Shown: one piece after another, positions 10,101 to 23,995 of the stretch
Numbering within the stretch: the stretch's first letter is position 1
How the letters are laid out: each line of letters opens with the position of its first letter
Assembly: GCF_001194135.2 (NCBI RefSeq)
Contig: NC_068993.1
Coordinates: 43,885,734-43,935,706, forward strand
DNA length: 49,973 bases
DNA from: Octopus bimaculoides
Lineage: Eukaryota
Reading direction: 5' to 3'
Translations under genes and position numbers: made by a program
The notes under the pieces: model-generated
Database searches by the model: none
Seen by the model: only the letters and a program-made list of their open reading frames with translations
What the model was told of the DNA's origin: nothing

Positions 10101-11188
10101 TTCGAAACTTGTTCTGGTCAGCAATGAAAGGTCAACAACGTGGTGAAGAGGTGCAGCTTATTGAAATTAACTATTAAACTAATTAAAGACTTTTTGTTTG
10201 TTTACTTAATTAGATTATATATATATATTACCATTGATCGCTAGCTATGATTGTGTGTGTATATGTATAAATATATCTGTAAGTGTGAATGTAAGTGCGC
10301 GCGTTCGTGTGTGTGTTATGATCAAGGCTGGCATTTTTATCGTCACTACATATCGTTCAAACGATTGTTTGTGTATGTGCGTATTTTAGTACAAGCTTAT
10401 ATTATATTTAGCTCTGTATATGAACATGTGTAGTGTGCGGTATGCTAAATTTGGGCTGGCCGTTTGCAGTTCTGTTGTTGTAGGTCTCTTTCTTCTCATG
10501 CGCGCGAGCATATGTGTATGTGGTCGCGTATTTTGAGTTTTGCCGTTGTCTTATATTTACGCTGATTACGGCCAGCTACGACAACTTCTTACTCCGATCA
10601 TGACTAGCTTTGACTGCCATCTCAGTAAGGTTGTGCTTAGACGATCATGCCTTACATTCTAAAAGCAATGCCTACTATTTTCTGTTAGCAGTCTAGCTGA
10701 AGTAATCGAATCATAACGATTGAATATGTTTATTGCATATACAATTGTAACTCTATTTAAAATTGTTTCACATATATGTTGTGTCGGTGGCCCAGTTAAA
10801 ATATTCATAAAAAAGCAGTCAAACTAGACTGTGATCTGGGTATGTAAGACCATATTGACATCACTGTCAAAATTTGCTGTGAGACAATGAGACTGATGAG
10901 ATAATTACCGTTAATGTTCGTTTTAAACAATCGAGAGTTAACGACTGTAAGAAAAACCAAAAATGAGGCGGTGGTTTCGCAAAAACTTTGTAGCGTCGGA
11001 CCAAATAATGTATGATATTTTATTGAGTATCTTAATGTTCTGAGATCAAATCACGCCCAGACTACTTTCTCTGTCATTCTTTTGAGATCAATAAAATAAG
11101 TTGCAGCAAATACTTAGTTCACATCCCCAACTTTTACATTTCATAAATTTTGAAGCTTTTCTCGTATAGGAGAAATCAACTGTTCACA

Positions 11189-11420
11189 TTGGCAGAAGCG
11201 GAAAATGACAAATATAATGCACTGGAATAGTTAATTACGTTGCTTTTTACGTTCTGAGTTCAAAATACATCCAGCTCGATATATCCTTCTCTTCCTTCAA
11301 AGTTGATAAAGTACTAGTCATGTGCAATGTATTGGCAGACAGAATTGCTGGAGTGTCAGACGAGTATCTGCTTTGGTATCTGTTTCGTCTCTGTGTGTTC
11401 CGAGTTCAAATTTCACTCGC
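11189..11420 (+). mobile_element. Two adjacent, highly diverged SINE-A 5' fragments
   Basis: ttggcaga... heads and two gttctgagttcaaa/gttccgagttcaaatt B-box segments. Confidence 0.5.
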
Positions 11421-12999
11421 CTAGGAATAGAAATCCCACCGATGGCCAGGGTTAATAATTCGTCCATGTGACCAATAGCTGATAATGGAACTTCTAGTGA
11501 GTGAAGAAAGACTGCGTTCGTCGGTTAGTACATTAGAACGATGATTATGACCATTTTCCTAAATTCAGGACCTTATGCCTATATTAACAATCCATAATTA
11601 TTGCAAAATGATTTGGTGGGTAGGGCATTAACCAAGAAACAGGTGAGGCTAGTGAGGGTGTGTGACATCAGCAAAGATTACTACAAATGAGAATTTGTAG
11701 AAGAAAGAGTTCAGTAAGCTGGTATGTTGTGTGGAATGAAAAACTAACGTTTGGAGCACTTGAGAGAGAAAGAAAGTGAGGTCGCCCTGGTTGCAAAATT
11801 TTGAAAGGCTTTATTGTTCAAAATTTCCTTCCAGTCTTTTTAAAAGACAGTATGATGTGATTAGAGAAAGACACTGGCAGCCATGTAAAAGATCCTTCGT
11901 TGGTTCATGTTATCATTGTAGTTTTGTAATTAGGTTTCAATTTCAAAAGACCCCTCGTTGTTTCTTATTTCAGTTAATTTTTTACATTTCATTGTTCCAC
12001 AATTTCGCTGTTTTTGTTTCTTCTTTTGTTTAATTGCGTTGTCATTTTTACTCTTTTACTTATTTTCATTTCTTCAAAATGTGGCCATAATGGAGCATCT
12101 CCACCATAAGTTAATTGTGGTTTCGAAATTTATATTTTCAATAAATTTATATTAGTTGTCACAGGTTTAATGCTGTTTACTTTCCATTATGTTTTCTTCT
12201 CTTCCATATCTTCTATTTCTACACACGACGTGCTTCAAGGCTATCTGTTCTTAGATTTGTTCACGTTATAACGTTAAATTAAATTTTTCATATGAAAGAT
12301 TATCTCTTTTTCAAACTGCGAACATCTTAACGATATTAAACTCTGTAAGCGTTAATCTGAGTAAAAAAAAGAGCAATAACATCACTGATGTGTCAGGAAC
12401 TACACTTGTCAACGGCAATTTACAGTATTTAGTTTGAGAAGAGATTTAGGCACTTTGCAGTGTAATCGTTAAAGCGGAAGATACACGCTATGCGAACAGT
12501 CTGTTGGGCTAGTTGCCCTCTTCTATCCCAAACTGACGCGTATGATGTTATTTTGATCAAAATGTTAGCGGTTACTAAAAATGCAAAAAAAACAAAACAA
12601 AACAAAAAAAAACTGGATTACATCATCAGCAGATATGAAGTAATACTTTAGAGTAAAAAAAAAGTACTACTGCAATGATTACAAAAATAAAAATCAATAT
12701 CAATTATCGGTAAACATTTTTAAACAGTTTTTTTCACTGCGTATTTGATCATACTTTTTCTTTTCATGTGTGAAACTATAAAAATGCTTTCACTCATTCA
12801 AACATTTCTTAATCGTGTGAAGATCGCTTGAGAATTATTTTAATGTTTAATCAATTTGCTTTCTCTACTTAGGGATTCAATCTACCTCTTTTGCAGGTAC
12901 ACTAGCCATGTACTTCCGCCCATGGCCCTTAATAAGGTTAATGCTTCCAAAGTTATCCTCCGTATATGACGAGCCTAAAAAAAAAAAAATCAATACTGC

Positions 13000-13147
13000 T
13001 GCCTAACGTAGGCGCAAAACCTCAAATTGGGTGGAACGTTTTGTCGATTACATTGATTCCAGTACTTAGACGGTGCTTATTTTATCTGTACCGAAGGATG
13101 AAAGGCAAAATGGACTCCTGTTGGATTAGAATTCAAAAAGCAAAGAT
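13000..13147 (-). mobile_element. SINE family A fragment
   Basis: gtcgattacattgattccagtac...gaaggatgaaaggcaaa...agaattca core. Confidence 0.75.
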
Positions 13148-13594
13148 ACTCAGTTTGATAGGTTTGTATCAAATTTTATAAGCTACAAATTCATTCGTCT
13201 CCGATAGTGAAATCAGGTCTTATTGTGTCCCTTACTTAAAGTAGCTCCACCGACTTTGTGAGATAGTTTTACTTTCAACTCCTTACTCATCACTTCCGCT
13301 CTTTGTCGGGCAATTGAGTGTCGTCTGATTGACCTTGAATAAAGAATCCTCGATGTTCTTTATCCAGTTTCTCTAAGTGTGTTGTCGAGGCTAGACCAAC
13401 TTCATTAAACTCTTCACCTGTTCCCCAACTTACGAGAACACATGATCCTATGTATTATCCCACCAAAGGTAAATCTCTATGAATCCTACCACTTACAGAT
13501 CTCTCATTTATACTGCTAGTATCTCATAAATGAGGGTAACAGTTCTTACAGCTACCTTGTTTTACAAGCCTTTGTGTGATCTTCTATATGGTCG

Positions 13595-13645
13595 CTCGAC
13601 CTGCTAAAAGCAGTAGCAAAATCTCCCTCATATCACTTTCTATGA
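13595..13645 (+). repeat. Short dispersed repeat (cgacctgcta...aaatctccctca); related copies near 17055-17110, 22835-22870 (+) and 19965-20000, 39095-39135 (-)
   Basis: Recurring similarity seen by eye within the window; family not identified. Confidence 0.5.
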
Positions 13646-14077
13646 TTTACGAAATATACTATACGTGAAATTGTATTCATCAAAGGTCTATTCAATTGGA
13701 TTACACAATAAGGACATCAATCAGTTTTATCTGTTTATGAGACTTTCTTTCTATTTAGAAATTAGATGTATAGTTTCTGTAAACTTGGTTTTGCAGAAAC
13801 TATACATCTACTTTTCTATATCACACGTAAGTCTTCTCTCATCCTTTGAAACTTCAGTGGCATCAACACTTTTAAAGATGAGTAAATCTTTTGAGCCTAA
13901 CACAATAAGCTTTTAGCAAATTGCTCGCCTGCAGTTTCTACGTCAATAGAATGTCGTGTTGCATGCATCATTATATTACAGTGGGTGTCGTACTTTTAGG
14001 AGAGTCAATGAAACTGGTGTTTGCCTAGTGGTTATGTTATATGTACTCCATATGCTCACGTCTGCGCATTAACTACT

Positions 14078-14830
14078 CTAGCAAACCTACTCATCTACGA
14101 TGGGAAATGAAAGGAGAGTGGAAAATAATAACAACTTTAAGTATGAATGTATTTATACTGAAATATGGCATGGGAACTGTAACAAAATATAAATAACGGT
14201 TGGTTTTGATTATACTTATGTACAGCTTTACATAGTACATATTCATGATATTACGTTTACAAAACTTCTTTGTAAACGATATTTTGTGTTTGATCAACAC
14301 TAATTTTCAAATTAGCTGAGTCCGTTGCTCCACTCATAGCAACATACAACTGGCCGTATGTAAACATCGGAGTGGGCAGAAACACACCAACACGATCTAC
14401 AGTCTGACCCTGAGACTTGTTAGCCGGAATGAGAAGGCTAGTTTGATGGGAAACTGCCTGCGTCATAATTGGAAGGGAAACTGGTTGTCGGAGGGTACCA
14501 GTGGTATCCGAGATATGAACAGGCGCTTACCACTGTGAGCGCCAATCGCTATCACTGCCTCGATGACGTGAGAATTGAGTTGCGTGACGGTGTATCTTGT
14601 TCCGTTGCAATGTCCATTGGCAGGGTCAAAATTTCGTAGGAGCATTATAGGACAATATTTTTTCAGTGAGATCCTATGCATAAGTAGTCCAGATGGATTC
14701 AAGTTGTTAAGGAAATCCTGTGGATACTGGTGATAATTTCTATCGACTATAGTGTCCGAACTTAGATATTGTCGACCTTCTCCTGGGAAGTTGTTAATCA
14801 TGTGGTCATTAACATTTTATTGTTTTTATT
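14078..14830 (-). mobile_element. Helitron fragment: Pif1-family helicase C-terminus plus 3' terminus
   Basis: ORFs 14463-14801 and 14257-14466: PIMLLRN...NGHCNGTR...FISRIPLVPSD..FPFQL, NKSQGQT, GQLYVAMS, NIVYKEVL* (classic Helitron helicase). On the minus strand, hairpin CCCATC-GTA-GATGAG (14090-14104) is followed 8 nt later by CTAG (14078-14081). Confidence 0.9.
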
Positions 14831-15454
14831 TGTTTATTTTTGTCCTGGGTGCTGTACCAAATTGACATCGTTGTAGAGGAAGTTNNNNNNNNNNNNNNNN
14901 NNNNNNNNNNNNNNNNNNNNNNNNNNNNNNNNNNNNNNNNNNNNNNNNNNNNNNNNNNNNNNNNNNNNNNNNNNNNNNNNNNNNNNNNNNNNNNNNNNNN
15001 NNNNNNNNNNNNNNNNNNNNNNNNNNNNNNNNNNNNNNNNNNNNNNNNNNNNNNNNNNNNNNNNNNNNNNNNNNNNNNNNNNNNNNNNNNNNNNNNNNNN
15101 NNNNNNNNNNNNNNNNNNNNNNNNNNNNNNNNNNNNNNNNNNNNNNNNNNNNNNNNNNNNNNNNNNNNNNNNNNNNNNNNNNNNNNNNNNNNNNNNNNNN
15201 NNNNNNNNNNNNNNNNNTCTGTTTCTGTGTGTCTGTGATTTTCTCTGTCTCTGTCTTTCTCTCTCTCTCTCTCTGTCTCTCACGCACCTTGTGTGTCGCA
15301 CGACCCACCAACTCCCAGAACCGTTGTAGAGATAATAATGAAAGATGAATTAAAAGTACTGTTTGAATTTTCATAAATGCCATTTAGGTTTTTGCTTCTG
15401 TTTTGTTACTATGGCCGATTTCCGTATAATTCATTTTTATTGCAGCGTGGAAGG

Positions 15455-15700
15455 TGTTTATAAGCCATTTAAGAAACACACAGAAACCGTTACATTCACT
15501 TCAGCATTTAAATTTAATTTGCCGAAATATGTTCGTCCCTTTGAGACCGCGACCTGTTCACTGACAAAATTCAGTGCTGCATCATTTTTATTTATGTACT
15601 TTTATTTATGTATACAGAGATGGCTTCCTGAGTTTCGTACGAATCGAAGCAGTGTAGCAAGTCTTTCTAATAAAAATTTTTAAACATCATATAAACCATT
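15455..15700. repeat. Probable non-coding interspersed repeat (MITE-like)
   Basis: aagccatttaagaaacacacagaaaccgttacattcacttc...gagaccgcgacctgttcactgac recalled as a common octopus repeat. Only one copy is in the window, so it is not internally verified. Confidence 0.35.
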
Positions 15701-16284
15701 CTCGAGACGTCTTTAGTAAGACTGCCAAGTTTCGTGCAAGTGTGACCAGTCGTTTGGCCGTGACAGATGGACGGATATAAAGCAAATTATAGTAAGATGT
15801 CTGCTGCCACTTGCAACCGTACACATACCTTCACAGTTGATACACATTTTAACTGTTTGATTGTTTCTAGAATTTGGTAGTTTTCTTCAATTCAGTAACC
15901 TCGGATTGTACTCGAATTCTAAAGGCTATTTTTCTTGGTTTTAAAGTAAAATGAATAAATAATAAGTAAATAAATATATACATTTTAATATAATGAATAA
16001 GTTGAATCGTTTCTCTGTTTTTTGCTTATGCAATTATTAAAAAAAAATTTGTTTTTAGGTGGAATTTACTTCCATGTTTCATATTTCAAATGAATTTAGG
16101 TGTTTTAGCTTGAAAATTGCATAACGGTTCCTTGTCATGAAGAAATTCTCGAATCTTGCGCTCGTTACACAAATATATTGTTAAATTATTTGGGTCTCTG
16201 GGTCTCATAAGGCCGGTTACCCGGTTTCCATGGCGTAAAAGCGACTGAGGTCACATCATACCTTCCGAATGAAACACAATACTC

Positions 16285-16570
16285 CAGACAGCAGCAGTGG
16301 TGACATTAATAGGAACAGCAGCAACACTTATAACATCAGCGAAAATACCAATAACAACAGTAATATTACGAATAGCAACGTCAACATGAATTGCAACAGC
16401 AGCAACAATGCTATTAAGAGGAACAACAGTAGCATTACAACAATAACAACACTATCAGTAGCAACGAGGACATTATAACTACAACACTATTAATAACAAC
16501 AGTAATAACAGTAGTAGTAACAGGAACATTATCAACAAGAACAATAATAATACTATCAATAATAGCAAGC
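16285..16570. repeat. Degenerate (AAC/AGC/AAT)n low-complexity tract; similar tracts at ~16985-17030 and ~17190-17340
   Basis: Direct reading; source of the spurious N/S/T-rich ORFs. Confidence 0.85.
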
Positions 16571-16579
16571 CACGTCTTT

Positions 16580-16966
16580 GATGTTGGCACTCCGTTGCTT
16601 ACGACGACGAGGGTTCCAGTTGATCCGATCAACGGAACAGCCTGCTCGTGAAATTAACGTGCAGGTGGCTGAGCACTCCACAGACACGTGTACCCTTAAC
16701 GTAGTTCTCGGGGATATTCAGCGTGACACAGTGTGTGACAAGGCTGACCCTTTGAATTACAGGCACAACAGAAACAGGAAGAAAGAGTGAGAGAAAGTTG
16801 TGGTGAAAGAGTACAACAGGGTTCGCCACCATCCCCTGCCGGAGCCTCGTGGAGCTTTTAGGTGTTTTCTCTCAATAAACACTCACAACGCCCGGTCTGG
16901 GAATCGAAACCGCGATCCTATGATCGCGAGTCCGCTGCCCTAACCACTGGGCCATTGCGCCTCCAC
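16580..16966 (-). mobile_element. tRNA-headed SINE family C, full length
   Basis: Minus-strand head gtggaggcgcaatggcccagtggttagggcagcggac...ggtttcgattccc (A box and B box). The 3' half is shared with the copy at 26555-26825. Confidence 0.88.
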
Positions 16967-17663
16967 GTCTTTGATAGAAGAGCAGAAACGGCAATGGTAA
17001 CGGCAATAATAACCGCGTTAACAACAAGAAATGACCCTAAGACCTCAAAGCTAGTTACTCGACCTGCTAAGGATATCAGCTAAATCGCCCTCAAATTGCA
17101 TCCTACTGACCACCCCCTAAAAGTCTTTGACGGTGTAATCCTAGACACATTATTCCCATTTCCATGAAAAGAGACAGAGAGGTCATTACAGGAACGATAA
17201 CCACAAAAATATCGGTATCAATTCCAACAGCAATAACATCATCATTAGCAACGAAAACAGCAGCAATAGCAAAATCAATATCCGCCATAGCAACATCAAC
17301 GACATTGGCTTCCTCAGCAATAGCTAGCAGAAGCAATATTTTCAAAATTAAGCAATATCAGCTTCTGATCAGTAAATGACATGATCAACAATGACAATGG
17401 TAGGATAAGCCAAAAAGTAATGTGCTGCGACAATTAGTAAGGAGAAACAAAGCTACAGATATTCAATTCGTATTTGGTTCTGATAGTTTTGAAGAAGAAA
17501 CTGATGGCGTGATCTGGAATATCAATGACGCCGACGAAGCTTTAAGGTAGAATAAGATTAATAATATAATCTCTGTCATTAAATCATGTGTATGCATGTA
17601 TGTATGTAAGCATGTATGTATGTATGAATGTATGTATGTATGTATGTATGTATNNNNNNNNNN

Positions 17664-17699
<36 letters not shown>

Positions 17700-17726
17700 A
17701 TGTATGTATGTAATATACACAATTAA

Positions 17727-17776
<50 letters not shown>

Positions 17777-19130
17777 GCAATTAAATACACACACACATAC
17801 ATACATACATACATACATAAAAAGAAATAGGAAGTGATAGATAGATAAAGTGATAGACGGATATATTGTTAGATAGATAAATAGATAGGTAGACAGATTC
17901 ATAAGAAGGAAGATAGGTAGATGCTAATAAACCGTATAATCATGTTGACATTTTGACAAGAGAGTTTATAGGGCGACAAATCAGAAACAGAAGCAAAATA
18001 AAGAACATAAAATAAAGATTAAGAAAAAAGAAATAAACAAGTGAACAAGAAAGTAAATAGTAAGAAAAAGGCTAACAAAATCAAAATGCTGATGAAAATT
18101 GGAATACAATAAAAGACGACAGAAGATAAAAAATATGTGACTAATAACAGTATTGGTGTCATCAATGCTTCAATTGGATAATAGCAGAAATCACTGCTAT
18201 GTAGGTAGAGTTACTGTTCTTTAGATAATACTAACCTATCTTCTTGTGCTGTAGAGGACAGCATTAACCTAGATTCTTTAGAAATTTATAAGCTTGAAAA
18301 TCAATATTAAAGACACATATAAAAGTAGTGGACTGAGAGTGTCAGAGCGCTGGGTTAAATGAATTGCATTCGTTGGTCATTGTCCTTCTTATGTTTAAAA
18401 ATCCTCTCAAATATCAACTTCAGTTTTTCATCAATATAAAGTGTATACTAGTAATACGCTGCTGTGCTGTCTTTTAGTTTTGACTAATAGCTCATCTGCA
18501 ATTTTTTAGTCATATCATAGATAATTGTCTTTTATCATAAATTCGGGCCGACAAAAGACATGTGAAAGGATTTGGCAGACAGAAACTGAAAGAAACATGT
18601 CATATATATNNNNNNNNNNNNNNNNNNNNNNNNNNNNNNNNNNNNNNNNNNNNNNNNNNNNNNNNNNNNNNNNNNNNNNNNNNNNNNNNNNNNNNNNNNN
18701 NNNNNNNNNNNNNNNNNNNNNNNNNNNNNNNNNNNNNNNNNNNNNNNNNNNNNNNNNNNNNNNNNNNNNNNNNNNNNNNNNNNNNNNNNNNNNNNNNNNN
18801 NNNNNNNNNNNNNNNNNNNNNNNNNNNNNNNNNNNNNNNNNNNNNNNNNNNNNNNNNNNNNNNNNNNNNNNNNNNNNNNNNNNNNNNNNNNNNNNNNNNN
18901 NNNNNNNNNNNNNNNNNNNNNNNNNNNNNNNNNNNNNNNNNNNNNNNNNNNNNNNNNNNNNNNNNNNNNNNNNNNNNNNNNNNNNNNNNNNNNNNNNNNN
19001 NNNNNNNNNNNNNNNNNNNNNNNNNNNNNNNNNNNNNNNNNNNNNNNNNNNNNNNNNNNNNNNNNNNNNNNNNNNNNNNNNNNNNNNNNNNNNNNNNNNN
19101 NNNNNNNNNNNNNNNNNNNNNNNNNNNNNN

Positions 19131-19358
19131 CAGGGTGCGGTGAATAAAATGTCATCTAAATTGCGCAAAAATAAAAATAACCCTGACATCTCATTTTAAC
19201 AGATATATTTACCAAAATTACATGAAAATATCTTGAAATACTAAAGAATAAATTTATTCAATAAAATCGCCATTGGCTTCCGCCACGGCCTCCAGAGGGC
19301 TTCGGGACCTCTTGCAACTCTTCTGGATAGTCTCCTTGTTTAAGTTGGTGAATGCTGC
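19131..19358 (-). mobile_element. Tc1/mariner (maT/DD37D-like) 3' end: transposase C-terminus plus TIR
   Basis: Minus strand AAFTNLNKETIQKSCKRSRSPLEAVAEANGDFIE* (stop 19254-19256). CAGGGTG terminus at 19131, next to the gap. Confidence 0.78.
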
Positions 19359-20330
19359 AATAAGTGTGTGAATCTGTTGAATAGAATATGTTGAATAGAA
19401 TCATAATTAGTTGATCCTCTTTGTTTTGTTTTTTTTTTACCTAAAACCAGGAACTACTCAGTACCTCGTATGTTGATGTAGTCGGAATGTTTAATGTTTA
19501 TCGAGCACTTGGATAGCTAAGCATACCTCCAGTGGTTAATACAGACCATTTTGCCGACCTGGGTTAAAATAACCCATTGGCGTTATGTCTTATCTCTCTG
19601 CTTTCTATGATGTCTTTACTCTTTGAAGCAAGCTGGGCTCATCGTACCAGCTGCGTTGATGCATTTATTTCTCCCCCTAATATCACCCTTATTGTGTCTT
19701 CCACCAGACTTCAACTAACCAATAGAATCTCTGGAGTACTTTCCCTGTTCACGTCTTATTTATAGGTATTGGCTTGCAATGGCTCAAGAGATATTCTATG
19801 AGTCTGTCTTTTACCAGAGGCTCTTCCACTACCTCAGATCAATTCATCAAACTTATGAACAAAAAGTATTCCAGCTTGTCCCTTTCGCGCTTATTTTATC
19901 AGACATAGTGTATATTTAGGACCACTTTTTTCAATGTCTGTCCTTTTTGAAAGAGTGTGTGGTTTGAAGGAAAACTAGTGACTATTCCTAGCAGCTAACA
20001 GTGATGTCGTAGGCTCCATCGTTGGATCTTCATTAATGACGTACAAACTTACTGTATTTAAACTCTAACTTTGGCATTTATATGTTTAAATTTTTTTTTC
20101 CTTATTGAGGTTGTACAGTAATAATAGCTTATTGCTTTTCTACTGAACCAAACATCTTTAAGACATCATACTTGAACCTTATGAACTATTTTTTCATCTT
20201 GATGTATACATATATATATATATACACATATATGAATCTGTATAAACATGCATATGTACATACGAATACATATTCATACATACACATGTACATACAAATG
20301 CATATTTAGTAGATACGGAGCAGAGAGAGT

Positions 20331-20376
<46 letters not shown>

Positions 20377-22887
20377 AAGAAAGAGGGAGAGAGTTACAGA
20401 CTCAAAAAGGAAACAGTGTGGGAGTGAATGTGTGTGTGTGTGTGTGTGCGCGCGCGCGCGTGTAAATTTAACAATTCCCAGAAGTCTATTCATTTATCAT
20501 TACGCCCTCGAAATTCAAGCTTTAATTTTTAAACATCTGCAGGGGAAGTTTTTGTTTTCTAATCACTTTGTTCACAAATCGATTTTTTGAAGTTTTCTAC
20601 ATATGTAAGACCCTTCCATATTTGTATTAAGTATGCAGAAGATTCCCTTGAGGTATTTTCCACTCGGTCATATTGTTATATTATTGATATTCGTAATCAG
20701 CGTCACTACAGTCCCTCTATTTTCATTAGTCACTTTTAGTTTTACTAATATATAGAAAACCATTCACTGATAAGGTGTATTAAGACCGAAACACATGCTT
20801 TCACCTATTGCTTTAAAAACCAGATACACTCGAATTTGCGAAAACTAATTATCCAAAGCTTTTGATGAACTGGTATTACTGTAGTTGTCTCCCTTGTTTT
20901 TTTTTTTTTTTTCTGCTGTTATTCGATTTTAAACACACCTTGAGGGAACTTTTATCTACTAATTTCTTCGATAATCTCAGTGAATCCGAAATCAAGATAT
21001 GAATTTGAGAATCAACTGAGTTTGTATTTAATGAGGCTCACGCTCTTTTCCATATAAAATACACTTGCAAATANNNNNNNNNNNNNNNNNNNNNNNNNNN
21101 NNNNNNNNNNNNNNNNNNNNNNNNNNNNNNNNNNNNNNNNNNNNNNNNNNNNNNNNNNNNNNNNNNNNNNNNNNNNNNNNNNNNNNNNNNNNNNNNNNNN
21201 NNNNNNNNNNNNNNNNNNNNNNNNNNNNNNNNNNNNNNNNNNNNNNNNNNNNNNNNNNNNNNNNNNNNNNNNNNNNNNNNNNNNNNNNNNNNNNNNNNNN
21301 NNNNNNNNNNNNNNNNNNNNNNNNNNNNNNNNNNNNNNNNNNNNNNNNNNNNNNNNNNNNNNNNNNCACACACACACACACATATGCACCATATAGCTAC
21401 ACATAAAATATACTTTACACATACACACTTGCACACAATACTCTACCACGAAACAAACGTTATTCACACACACACATACACATACATACACACACAAATA
21501 CACACACACACACATACACATTCATACACACACAAATACACACACACACATACACATACATACACACACAAATACACACACACATATACTACACATCACA
21601 CACGTATGCTCTACAAATATATTAACAACACATTACACATACACTCACATTCACATATCTACTGCCTGCACATAAACATACATGCACACGCACACACCAT
21701 CTAATACACATCATATACCATTCACAATACTCTTTCACCACACATACACACATGTAGACACACAATTTACGCATCCGCAGAAATACATGTGTAACGTAAT
21801 ATCACCCGTTGGGCACAATTAAGAAACAGCTACATTCAAACTCAATCAGAACAAATTCATATTCCAAACTTACCATTAAAGAACTCCTCCCTCTCACTCT
21901 TTCCCCTCTCTTTCTCTTTCTCTCTCTCTTTCTCTTTCTCTCTCTCTTTCACACACATACACACAAATGCGCACACAACAACAAGGCATGCAAAGAAAAC
22001 AAATTGAAGAGTAAACATACAAGGACACATACTTATAAGCAAACATACATAAAGGAGAATAGCTCTGTGAAATGTACCCTCATCTCCCACACATACGGAA
22101 ATGCACAGACACTCACAAACTTGAACGCATGCACACACACACACGCACGCGCGAACATAAAACAATAACGACAATATAAGCATGGAAATATAAGCAAACA
22201 AGAGCAACAAACGCCCAAGCAAAGAAAACAAGTCAGTAAACAAATGCATTTGCACATTCAAAGACGCGCGCTCACGTAAACTCACACGCACTTGTGCACC
22301 CCCCCCCCACACATGAATATCCAGATGTAAATGCATGCACAGATACACACAAACAGAGCGACCAAAAACACACACAAACACATAGCAAATGGATGCACAA
22401 ACATACAAACACGCAAAATGCATAGACCACATGCATGCATACATATAATGCAAATAAATTTATGAACATACGTTAGCACACACATACATACGTATATAGA
22501 TGCACATACGGATATATATATACGCACATGCAAATATCAAAAATAAATAGCTCTGTATACATTCGTATTCACATCTACTTACATAGAGACTGTAATATCA
22601 TAGACTTTATAGATACACAGAGATATATATGTATATATGCATATTAAAAGTACTTGAGAGTTCAAGTGTATATAATTGTAATTATGATTTCTAGCAATAT
22701 ATCAGCGGAAACTAACAGAATTTAGTTGGAGAAAATGACAACATAAAAATAGTTAAATTTTAAGCAAACATTTTTATTTCTGGTGTCGCTTCTGGTTTAG
22801 AACTTAGTTTTCCGAGCAAACAAGGACCTGTTAGAAATAGTAACCGAAATTCCCTCAAATAACACCTTAAAGATTTAAACGTGAAAC

Positions 22888-22995
22888 GGATACATGGGAC
22901 AAAGGATACATGGGGCAAAGGATACATGGGACTCGGTTTTACGAGTGGTTATAACACCGGTGGCTCGGTTTTACGAGTGGTTATAACACCAATGG
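22888..22995. repeat. Compound minisatellite: 3 x 16-bp (ggatacatgggacaaa) followed by 2 x 32-bp (ctcggttttacgagtggttataacaccggtgg)
   Basis: Units at 22888, 22904, 22920 (last partial) and at 22932, 22964. Confidence 0.92.
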
Positions 22996-23025
22996 CGAAT
23001 ATCAGCATTGTCCTGAGTCCCTGAT

Positions 23026-23414
23026 ATACTTTTCTTTTACTTGTTTCAATCATTGTACTGCGGATATGCTAGGTTACCGCCTTAAAGGGATTGTAACCAA
23101 ACAAATCGAACCACAGTACTTATTATTAAAAGTCTGATACTTAGCTTCTCGTCTCTTTAGCCGAACCATTAAGTTATGGGGACGTAAACAAACCAACAAT
23201 AGTAGTGAAAGTGTGAGTGAAAACGCAAGCACGCATATGCATATATGTACGACATGCTTCCACATAGTTTCTGTCTACTAAACTCACTAACAGGACAGTG
23301 ATTGACCCGGGGATCTAGTAGAAGACACTTGCCAAGGTACCGCGCAGTGGAACTGAACCCGAAATCTCGCTGTTGCAAAGTGAGCTGCTTGACCAGATAG
23401 CCATTCCTGCACCT
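23026..23414 (-). mobile_element. tRNA-headed SINE family B, full length
   Basis: Minus-strand head aaggtgcaggaatggcta...gggttcagttccactgcgcggtaccttggcaagtgtcttctacta; tail ...gattgaaacaagtaaaagaaa. Confidence 0.85.
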
Positions 23415-23736
23415 TCAGTAAAGCTGTTCACCTTATCACGAATATTTGTTATGGCCTTCATCGAACATTCACACTTATGTTATTGTCTATCCCTGTGAAA
23501 CTCATTAAAATTTCTGTGAACATTTGATCGTTTAGACATTTTTTTCTCAAAATTTACCTTGTAATTTTAAACTCTTCTAAAGCCTTTATTTATTTATTTT
23601 GTACCACTGATAAGCAAAATCCTGTCGAATCCGGTTTGGTATTTGAATAAATTTATCAAAAAGTTTAAAAACGACTGCTCGCTTTGAGATTCAAGTGCAT
23701 TTTCAAACCCCCAAACAAATTCTCATATATATATAT

Positions 23737-23790
<54 letters not shown>

Positions 23791-23827
23791 NNNNNNNNNN
23801 NNNNNNNNNNNNNNNNNNNNNNNNNNA

Positions 23828-23952
23828 CTATACTTTCACACAGTTTCCATTTACCAGATTCGTTCACAAGGTATCGGTCGGCCTGGGACTACAGTAGAAG
23901 ACACATGCAATGGGATTGAACCCGAAACATATGTTGCTCACACAAACATTCA

Positions 23953-23995
<43 letters not shown>

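Noticed and set aside
10685-10735. Hammerhead-like strings (ctgaagt-aatcg...cgatt-gaat; similar near 8930-8970, 10905, 39150-39196, 43700-43850)
   Set aside because: Each lacks at least two of: intact core, stem II, stem I pairing. Chance matches cannot be excluded.
11776-12300. Candidate host exons (also 15363-15683, 27316-27450, 40218-40424)
   Set aside because: No recognisable protein motif and no convincing paired splice sites; cannot be supported without RNA-seq or homology.
13220-13442. Possible second solo LTR (TGT...AATAAA...AACA)
   Set aside because: No matching 4-6-bp TSD could be read at the candidate ends.
16880-16966. tRNA-like sequences at SINE heads (also 25570, 42172, 47050-47118)
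   Set aside because: A and B boxes are present, but each continues into a SINE body repeated in the window and lacks a complete acceptor stem; not tRNA genes.
16269-17379. Mucin-like N/S/T/A-rich ORFs
   Set aside because: Degenerate trinucleotide tracts open in several frames and strands, interrupted by a SINE; no splice or codon evidence.
22888-22995. CRISPR-like direct repeats
   Set aside because: Units are contiguous with no unique spacers, there are no cas genes, and the context is eukaryotic.
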